From Octopus sinensis (taxonomy: Eukaryota), in assembly GCF_006345805.1 (NCBI RefSeq), contig NW_021825728.1, positions 1 to 14,415 on the forward strand: a stretch of DNA of 14,415 bases, written 5' to 3'. Of this stretch, positions 1 through 8,029 are shown in pieces. The position numbers and the translations under genes were made by a program. Within the stretch, counting starts at the first letter, position 1. Each line of letters begins with the position of its first letter. The notes below the pieces were generated by a model. It had not been told where the DNA came from. It saw nothing but the letters and a program-made list of their open reading frames with translations, and made no database searches.

Positions 1-307
1 CCATAGATTGAGTGGAAAGATGGGTGATACGCTGGAGCCAAAGGGCAGCTGTGTTTGCGACAACAAAGTAGTCCCTTGTTTGACGTAATCCCTATATTTA
101 CAGGCTGTTCCATTATCCACCGCCTGGTAACCTACCGAATAGAAGATACTCACTCAAGATTTACACATTCACACACACATTCATAGCCATCCTTAAATCG
201 CTAGTCGAGCGAGTATGTCTTGGCAACATATCTAAAGCTTTTACTAATTGCTTCAGGTGCCTATGTATTTCCGAGCAGACATAGATAGACTTTTAGCGGT
301 AATACAT

Positions 308-358
308 CCGAAAGGATGAAAGGTAAAGTCAACTTCGGCGGAATTTGAAGTCAGAACG
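308..358 (-). mobile_element. Truncated fragment of an octopus-type tRNA-derived SINE
   Basis: CCGAAAGGATGAAAGGTAAAGTCAACTTCGGCGGAATTTGAAGTCAGAACG. The minus strand reads cgttctgacttcaaattccgccg, a B-box-like TTCAAATTCC. Family recognised from memory of octopus repeats, not from a search. Confidence 0.6.
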
Positions 359-1104
359 ATTAATGCAATATAATACAAATCCTTTAATCTGAAATAATAC
401 TCAGGAAGAGTCGAACCCACTCTGTACAATCTAGGGTACATTTCAGTTAAACTGTAACAGACAGATCAGCTAAATCTTAAGCTTAAAGTATTTTGTAGAA
501 TTATAACTAATGTCTTTTTATTTCTAAAAATGTATCGGGTTTATTTTACCAATGACGTCTTTAATAAAAATACGTTTCATAATACCGGACTATTTTACAT
601 GTTTCATTTACGTAATTTCAGAGTCAAGCAATTTAAGCGGATCTCGTAATTATCTGCAGTTTAATTAGTCTAACAATATCACTTTTAATGGTAAACGTAA
701 TATAGACATGCAATAATTAACTGTCATTCTGTTACTAAATCAGCTAATATCAATATAACTGTAACAATAAATATCTTAAATTTAGGAAATGATGTTGCGA
801 AATGCGGCTTCCGGGGCGCAGCCCAGCAAGCAAATTTTATTAAAGTGGAAGAAGTAGGCATACCCAGCCGGATTATTTGCGTAATGTGGTTCTTCGTTGT
901 CAGGTTCATTTCGACTCCTCACATGGCATCATTACACCGATGTCTTCGTTCACAAATCCACACTGTATGCAGTTCTTCTTCGTCTGACCTCACACTAACT
1001 GTTCACATCACCCAACTCTCATCTCTAACTCTTCACATCGCCCAACTCTTATCCGATTTTTAATTACCCACAAGGGTCTAACATAGAGGGACAATAAACA
1101 TATG

Positions 1105-1535
1105 AAAGAACAGAAGAGTAGTAAGAAGAGAAGAGGAAGGAGAAGGAGGAGAAGAAGACGAAGAAGAAGAAGAAGGAAAATGAGGAAGAGCAGGACGATA
1201 GGATGTGGAAGAAGAGAAAGAAAAACAAGAATGGTAGGACAAGAACAACATCAAATCAACAACATTAAAACAATAAGTAGAGGAAGTAGAAGAAAAAGAA
1301 AACGGAGACGAAGAATATGTAGAAGGAGATAATAACTAATATGATGAAAGGAAGGAAACGAAAATGACGAAAAGAAGAAGAAGAAAAAGAGGAGGAGTAA
1401 GAAGAAGAAGAGCAAGGAAGTGCAGGAGGAGGTAATGAAGATGAAGTGGATGTAGAAGTTAAAGAAGAAGAGAGAGAGGTGAAAAATAAGTAGGAGGAGA
1501 AAAGAAGAAGAAAGGAAGAAGAATATGTCCAAGAA
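1105..1535. repeat. Purine-rich (GAA/GAG) low-complexity tract, unit 1
   Basis: Almost all A/G on the + strand; homologous to 5710-6130 and 10713-11192. Confidence 0.9.
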
Positions 1536-1851
1536 GAATTTTATAAATGAGTTTTATAAATGACGTAGTTCTAAATGTACAAATGCCATCGGTATTGAAG
1601 CATGTTATTTAGCGTAAACACCAGACATAATATCCATACCGAATGATAGACACAGGTGAATAGGGATTTGTATGTTTATAGTGATGATGAACATGGTGTT
1701 GATGCTGATGATGATGGTGGTGAAGTTTCTCTTGTCGATGATGATGAACATATAATACCGTGTGAAAGGAAAATGACGAGAGTGAGCGAAATTACAAACA
1801 TGGAAATATATCGGCAATGATATACTATAAGTGAAGATTGATTTAACTTAC

Positions 1852-1923
1852 AGCTCATATAAATTGGTCAAATATTGGAAGGTTTCTGGTTGGATTTCAG
1901 TAAAATTATTACCGCCAAAACTC
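1852..1923 (-). CDS. Internal 72-nt exon encoding one typical LRR: (L)SFGGNNFTEIQPETFQYLTNLYE(L)
   Basis: Minus strand: tctatattgcag|G AGT TTT GGC GGT AAT AAT TTT ACT GAA ATC CAA CCA GAA ACC TTC CAA TAT TTG ACC AAT TTA TAT GAG CT|gtaagt. It has a canonical acceptor, a perfect GTAAGT donor, phase 2 at both ends and no stop, and it fits LxxLxLxxNxLxxLPxxxFxxLxx. Confidence 0.8.
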
Positions 1924-2263
1924 CTGCAATATAGAATTGAGTTAATTTCAAACTTTATGGAACAGGCAAGTGGCAGTACATAACATATTTCGAGTAAGGA
2001 AATAAACTATGGAAATCACGAAGAGTTGATTACGGTTCCGTTGAAATTGATAATAACGATGATGATGATGTTCAAGTGGGTGCAACTAACTGCGGTAGGA
2101 TATGGTAATGAATAAAGTTGGTGATAAAGCTAACTTATTGCGGTAGTGTGTGGTAATGAATGAAGTTAATGATAAAGGTAATGATGAGCCTGAAAATATT
2201 GAAAACTGAGAGAAAGAAAAGTGTTGCGGATAATAATGTCGGTAATGATGATGGGAACGAAGA

Positions 2264-2947
2264 AATTGATAATGAATGAGAAGTAAATGAAAATCGGTAA
2301 GAAGGAGAATAAGAAAAAGTAGAAGAAAAATATGAAGATGACGAAAAAGCAGACGAAATGGAATATAAATAAGAGCGATTAGAAATGAAGAACGACGAAG
2401 AAGAAGAAAAAGAAGAAAAAGTAGAGCAGGAAGATACGAAGTGGAAGAAAGAAAGAAAAAGAAGACAATTAGCACAAAATCAACAACATTAAAAACAATA
2501 ATTAGAGGAAGTAGAAGAAGTAAACGGAGAGAAAGAATATGCAGATGGAGAAGATAACTAAAATGATGAAACGAAGAAAAGGAAAATGATGAAAAGAAGA
2601 AGAAGACGATGACAGATGCAAAGTAGAAGATAAAAAAATAGAAATGAATAAGAGTGGAAAAAATATGAGTGTGAAGATAGTGCAAAAGAAAAATTAGAAG
2701 AAGAAGAAGAAGAAGAAGAAGAAGAAGAATAAGAAGAAAGAAGAAGAAGAAGAAAAGAGGAAGAAGAAAAAGAAGAAAAAGAGAAAAAGAAGAAGAAGGA
2801 AAAGAAGAAGAACAAGAAGAAGAACAAGAAGAAGAAGAAGTAAAAAAAATAATAAGAAGAAGAAGAACAAGTAGAGGAAGAAAAAGAAGAAGAACCAGAA
2901 GAAGAAGAGGAGGCAGAAGAAGAAAAGAAGAACAAAAACAAGGAGGA
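2264..2947. repeat. Purine-rich low-complexity tract including a perfect (GAA)11 at 2697-2729 and an older diverged copy of the unit purine block at about 2390-2605
   Basis: Direct reading. Motifs AGAGCAGGA (2423) and AATCAACAACATTAAAA (2478) also occur at 1187 and 1254. Confidence 0.85.
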
Positions 2948-2984
2948 AATAATAATAACAATAATAATAATAATAGCAATAATA
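2948..2984. repeat. Imperfect (AAT)n microsatellite
   Basis: aataataataacaataataataataatagcaataata. Confidence 0.9.
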
Positions 2985-4895
2985 GTTTGGGCCACAACCG
3001 ATTGTGCCCTTTGACTATCCCCGCCAGAATCGATGCCTGATGAAGAAATAATTATAGTTATAATTATTTGCATTATTCGTTAGTTTCATAAAATCTATGT
3101 TAGCTAAGTCTAAAAGCGTTAGCGGTAATACATTTCGGAAACTATACAGAAGTCCCTTTGTCTAGCTTCGTATCTTTGTCATCATTGGCTAATTGATGAC
3201 TTTCTCACTGAGACTGTCATATTGTTTCCCACGGCTTTGCCTGTAACCATAGATTGAGGGGAAGATGGGTGATACGCTGAGCCAAAGGGCAGCTGTGTTT
3301 GCGCCAACAAAGTAGTCCCATATTTGACGTAATCCCTATATTTACATGCTGTTCCATTATCCACCGCCTTGTAACCTACCGAATAGAAGATACTCACTCA
3401 AGATTTACACATTCGCACACACATTCATAGCCATCCTTAAATCGCGAGTGGAGCGAGTATGTCTTGGCAACATATCTAAAGCTTTTACTAATTGCTTCAG
3501 GTGCCTATGTATTTCCGAGCAGACATAGATAGATTTTTATATCTCCGACCCTAACCCTAACCCAGCTGTCGCTTCTAACACTTGACTGGTACACATTTAC
3601 AGCTGGGTAGACTGGATAAATCCTGAAGAACTTCCCAAACACCTTGCTCACTTAAAGAAATGAACCAATCACATTATGATCGTGCAGCGACATGCTAATC
3701 ACTGTATCACATCTTTCACACATACTGAGGTACTACAAGTAGAAACCGATACCAACAGCTCAAATGCAGCCCATAGCAAGTTTCCCCTGTCATCAACAAT
3801 TCACTGGATCCACGCTCAAATCATATCCAGTGATATGGTAGTTTTATCGGTCAAAACACCGGATTTAATCTATTGGCTGAAGCTAAAATCACAGAGATAG
3901 GAACTGATTGCAGAAAATGATAGAATATCATAAATGTCTGACAAGAAATTCAAAGTTATCTCTTGAATAAAGTCCAACATCCTTTCACACAAAAACATCT
4001 AAACATCTAAGGATTCTGGCAGCCATAATGGATTCTCATCTCTTTTGATCCTGAAGGAAGTCACTTTTGAAGTAGAACATCACTATAGGAGAAAGTAGAT
4101 CCCGTGTATATCTAGGACTGAATTTAAAAGACAATTTTTTTTCTTTTTAGAACCAGAAAATATTTCAATCCTAACAACTCCCACTTTTTGACGCTCAAGT
4201 AACCAAAGTAAGACCACTCTTTTTATTAACATTCCTTCAGTAATATTAACCGCTATGTTTAGTTCTTCATCCTCAGAACATCGGATTCTGGAATGTCCTC
4301 CATGTTCTCGTCTTCTTTCCGGTGGGAATTTATCTGTAACAATTTAAACGGAGCATTACCATCATCACCCCCACCAATATCGCACAACCAGCGACATTAA
4401 TGAGCTCAACTCCTTCTTCAAAACGCAGAAAGTAAAAGCAAGTGGGATTTGAACTTAAAATGGAAAGAGCTAGAAAATGTCCATACGAGACCCAGTCCGA
4501 TATCCCTACACTTTGTCTAGTCCACTGGCCTCTTTAAGTACGCAAAAAGCCGTAAGATAAGGATGTCCTCGGCTAGATTTAAAGTTAGAATACCGAATGC
4601 CAGATTAAATACCACAAGGTGTCATTCAAGTCGATGAGCTGCAGGTTCGGTCAATTTTTGACTAAATTATGATTTAAAATTTCTAAATAGTATATATCGT
4701 ATATTCACCATCTGCATATATACCGATTTCTATTTTATTCAGACAATCCCAAATGTGTAGAGAAGCAAGTGAATTCGCTTGAATCGATCGAATATAGTAT
4801 TGGAATATTTTATTTAAACTGGAAACTTCAAGTATTTAATGCCATATAACTTTTTCTACTGTAGGCAAAATACCAGATATTTTGGTGTAAGGAGA

Positions 4896-4994
4896 GTCGA
4901 TTAGATCGACCCTAGTATGCAACTGTTAATTAATTTATAGACCCCGAAAGGATGAAGGGCAAAGTCGACTTCGGCGGAATTTGAAGTAAGAACG
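4896..4994 (-). mobile_element. Fragment of an octopus-type tRNA-derived SINE
   Basis: GTCGATTAGATCGACCCTAGTATGCAACTG...GACCCCGAAAGGATGAAGGGCAAAGTCGACTTCGGCGGAATTTGAAGTAAGAACG, with a GTCGA-n5-TCGAC hairpin and a B-box-like motif on the minus strand. Recognised from memory of octopus repeats. Confidence 0.65.
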
Positions 4995-5709
4995 ATTAAT
5001 GCAATATAACACAAATCCTTTAATCTGAAATAATACTCAGGAAGAGTCGAACCCACTCTGTGCAATCTAGGGTACTTTTCAGTTGAACTGTAACAGAGAG
5101 ATCAGCTAAATCTTAAGCTTAAAGAAATTTGTAGAATTATAACTAATGTGTTTTTATATCTAAAAGTTATCGGGTTTATGATATCAACCTAAATTTTACC
5201 GATGACGTCTTTAATAAAAATAAGTTTCATAATACCGGACTATTTTACATGTTTCATTTACGTAATTTCATAGTCAGGCAATTTAAGAGAATCTCGTAAT
5301 TATCTGCAGTTTAATTAGTCTAACAATATCACTTTTAATTGTAAACGTAATATAGACATGCAATAATTAACTGTCATTCTGTTACTAAATCAGGGGGGGG
5401 GGGCGCGCCCAGCAAGCCAAATTGATTAAAGTGGAAGAAGTAGGCATACCCAGCCGGATTATTTGCGTAATGTGGTTCTTCGTTGCCAGGTTCATTTCGA
5501 CTCCTCACATGGCATCATTACACCGATGTCTTCGTTAACAAATCCACACCGTATGCAGTTCTTCGTCGTCTGACCTCACACCAACTATTCACATCACCCA
5601 CCTCTCATCTCTAACTCTTCCCATCGCCCAACGCTTATCGGATTTTTAATTACCCACAAGGGTCTAACATAGAGGGACAATACGCATAATTTGGGGACAA
5701 TTAACATAT

Positions 5710-6130
5710 GAAAAAACAGAAGAAGAAGTAGAAAAAGAAGAAGAAGAAGAAGAAGAAGAAGAAGAAGAAGAAGGAAAATGAGGAAGAGCAGGACGATAAG
5801 ATGTAGAAGAAGAGAAAGAAAAACAAGAATGGTAGGACAAAAACAACATCAAATCAACAACATTAAAACAATACGTAGAGGAAGTAGAAGAAGAAAACGG
5901 AGACGAAGAATATGTAGAAGGAGATAATAACTAATATGATGAAATGAAGGAAACGAAGATGACGAAAAGAAGACGAAGAAAAAGAGGAGGAGTAAGAAGG
6001 AGAATAGCAAGGAAGAGGTGGAGGAGGTAATGAAGATGAAGTGGAAGTAGAGGTTAAAGAAGAAGCGAAAGAGGTGAAGAATAAGTAGGAGAAGAAAAGA
6101 AGAAGAAAGGAACAAGAATAAGTCCAAGAA
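5710..6130. repeat. Purine-rich tract of unit 2, with a perfect (GAA)12 at 5737-5772
   Basis: Direct reading; homologous to 1105-1535. Confidence 0.9.
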
Positions 6131-6446
6131 GAATTTTATAAATGAATTTTATAAATGACGTAGTTCTAAATGTACAAATGCCATCGGTATTGAAGCATGT
6201 TATTTGGCGTAAACACCAGACATAATATCCATACCGAATGATAGACACAGGTGAATAGGGATTTGTATGTTTATAGTGATGATGAACATGGTGTTGATGC
6301 TGATGATGTTGGTGGTGAAGTTTCTCTTGTCGATGATGATGAACATACAATACCGTGTGAAAGGAAAATGACGAGAGTGAGCGAAATTACAAACATGGAA
6401 ATATATCGTCAATGATATACTATAAATGAAGATTGATTTAACTTAC

Positions 6447-6518
6447 AGACTTTTTAAATTGGTCAAATATTGGAAGGTTTCTGGTTTGATTTCAGTGAGA
6501 TTATTACCCCACAATTCC
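6447..6518 (-). CDS. Internal 72-nt exon encoding one typical LRR: (L)ELWGNNLTEIKPETFQYLTNLKS(L)
   Basis: Minus strand: ttttatgttccag|G GAA TTG TGG GGT AAT AAT CTC ACT GAA ATC AAA CCA GAA ACC TTC CAA TAT TTG ACC AAT TTA AAA AGT CT|gtaagt. Splice sites are canonical, phase is 2/2, and it splices in frame to 1852-1923 giving ...LTNLKSLSFGGNNFTEIQP... Confidence 0.85.
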
Positions 6519-6843
6519 CTGGAACATAAAATTGATTTAAGATGAAACTTTATGGAACATGTTTTTGGAAGTATAAACAAAAAAACGAGTGAGGAATTAA
6601 ACTATGGAAATCATGAAGAGTTGATTACGGTTCTGTTGAAATTGATAATAACGATGATGATGATGTTCAAGTGGGTGCAACTAACTGCGGTTGTCTATGG
6701 TAATGAATAAAGTTGATGATGAACCTGACAATGTTGACAGCTGAGAGAAAGAATAGTGTTGCGGAGAATAGTCTCGGTAATGATGATGGGAACGAAGAAT
6801 GTTTCGGGGACCACTACCCTGGGATGATCATGAAGCAAGCAAG

Positions 6844-7132
6844 CGTGTGTTTGTGCACGGACGTGTGTATGTAAGCATGTGTGTATGTATGTGTTTCTGT
6901 AAGCGTGTGTGTGTTAACTCAATAGTTGAACATGAAGAACGAAGAATATTACATCTTCATAATTTATTTGTTGAGGCATTTTCTTCATATTACATTCATT
7001 GGTTAATCAGCCCAAGATTTCCTCAGGGTGCTAAAAAGTATCTGCTCGGATTTCAAATCCCTATTTCATTACGTTACATATGTGTATGTGTGTGGCTGTG
7101 TGTACATATATGTATGTAAATGCCTATGTATA
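6844..7132. repeat. Two imperfect (TG/TATG)n stretches (about 6844-6915 and 7076-7132)
   Basis: gcgtgtgtttgtgcacggacgtgtgtatgt... and atatgtgtatgtgtgtggctgtgtgtacatatatgtatg. Confidence 0.75.
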
Positions 7133-7134
7133 TA

Positions 7135-8029
7135 CGAGGGGATACACAGAAGTAACCGTAAATGTTCTCTGTAAAACAAACCCGTTGTAGTTCAGGTTTC
7201 CATCGCTAAACTCCACTTGATGCGACTGTCAGGCATCAGTCAGCCAACCGGCGTTATCCGGTAGTGTTGTACTGCCGCGTAGTTCGTCTTTGTTTTGACG
7301 TATTTCTGCTCAGTTCGTATGTTTTTTGCAATGGCTGGAACGAAGGAACATTGTGCTTCTGTGAAATTCTGTTTACTGCTGCTGAAAACTGCAGATGAAA
7401 CAATTGTCATGCATCCCATCACAAGGATGATGCAATGGACAAAGCACAAGTTTATGAATGGTTTTCACGATTTAGCAATGGTCACTTGTCGCGTGAAAAC
7501 CAACCTCATTCATGACAACCATCAATCAACCACCCAAACATCATGAAAATTAATGATCTGATCCTTCAGGACCGTCACTGAGCATTTGATGAAATTGTTG
7601 AAATGTCGATTTTGTCCTGGAGCTCCTGCCAATGAATTTTCTGCGAGGAATTGTGAATGAAAAGCGTTCCAGCAAAATATATGCCTCGTTTGCTCACGTA
7701 ATGTCATAAATAGTCACGGCTGAATGCGTGTCGTGAGCTAGAAGAAGGGTTATGAGGTAATCCGAAAGTTTTTTCGAAGGTCTTCACTGGTGACGAAAGC
7801 TGGTACTACGGAATTTGAAGATGTTGAAGTAAGGAAAGAAATCGATGGGGGCGTTAAAAAGCATCACTTCGGAATAGGTCCAACACGGATTCCAGTAGCT
7901 GAAAAGGCGACTGGAACGATGCATTGATTAAAATGGAGAATACTTTGAACACAATAAAAGTGTAAATATGTAAATCTTATTGAATAATATAATATTGCAA
8001 AATTACTGTTTCTTTTGGGCAGCCCCTCG
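7135..8029 (+). mobile_element. Defective, internally deleted mariner (Tc1/mariner) element with both TIRs
   Basis: The left end is TA|CGAGGGGATACACAGAAGTAACCGTAA. The reverse complement of the right end is CGAGGGGCTGCCCAAAAGAAACAGTAA (21/27 identical). The left flank is TA; the right flank is AA (mutated TSD). A transposase remnant lies inside. Confidence 0.9.
7331..7973 (+). pseudogene. Mariner transposase pseudogene
   Basis: With frameshifts and stops it reads MAGTKEHCASVKFCLLLLKTADETIVM / KDDAMDKAQVYEWFSRFSNGHLSRENQPHS*QPS...MKSVPAKYMPRLLT...KVFTGDESWYYG / FEDVEV / ALKSITSE*VQHGFQ*LKRRLERCID*NGEYFE. This shows the N-terminal HTH region, the linker, the first catalytic Asp (TGDESW) and the C-terminal CIxxxGEYFE motif. 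The second and third catalytic Asp region is deleted at about 7812. Confidence 0.9.

Larger units (their letters stand above)
1..3246. repeat. Array unit 1 (short form): lacks equivalents of 3540-4943 and of about 6800-8930, and has an extra purine-rich tract at 2264-2984
   Basis: 1-295 matches 3247-3539; 308-2264 matches 4944-6799; 2982-3246 matches about 8932-9183. Confidence 0.9.

Noticed and set aside
1102-1332. Arg-rich, protamine-like ORF
   Set aside because: It arises from AGA/AGG low complexity, and the frame is broken in the homologous tracts of units 2 and 3.
2086-3073. 303-aa and 171-aa minus-strand ORFs rich in L/F/S
   Set aside because: They are translations of the TTC-rich strand of the GAA tract. 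They have no domain signal and are not conserved between copies. The same applies to ORFs at 1251-1532, 5664-6127 and 10616-11234.
3398-3504. Candidate 107-nt minus-strand exon (ag|APEAISK...GYECVCECVNL|gtgagt) resembling a Cys-rich LRR cap
   Set aside because: The acceptor is weak and the length would frameshift phase-2 LRR exons. The unit-1 copy has an in-frame TAG and the unit-3 copy has a 2-nt indel.
3549-3563. (CCCTAA)2.5 telomere-like repeat
   Set aside because: Too short, and degenerate in the unit-3 copy (9483-9499). It does not support an interstitial telomere or telomere healing.
3586-3615. CTGGTACACATTTACAGCTGGGTAGACTGG (also 9522-9551), reminiscent of another octopus SINE segment
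   Set aside because: Only about 30 nt and recognised from memory, so not enough to call without a library search.
3676-3900. Similar + strand ORFs at 3676-3900 and 9612-9851
   Set aside because: The similarity is explained by the duplication. The copies change frame relative to each other near the 3' end and no protein family is recognisable.
4600-4690. Minus-strand ILNHNLVKN*PNLQLIDL, superficially LRR-like
   Set aside because: It has an in-frame stop, no 72-nt AG/GT framing and incomplete consensus spacing.
4995-5090. Strong acceptor followed by an LRR-like phrase (TLPEYYFRL) on the minus strand
   Set aside because: LRR spacing is off, there is no suitably placed donor, and the frame runs into the SINE fragment.
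7240-7707. Minus-strand ORFs over the mariner (7240-7449, 7522-7707, 11879-12076)
   Set aside because: They are antisense to the transposase remnant and have no independent coding signal.
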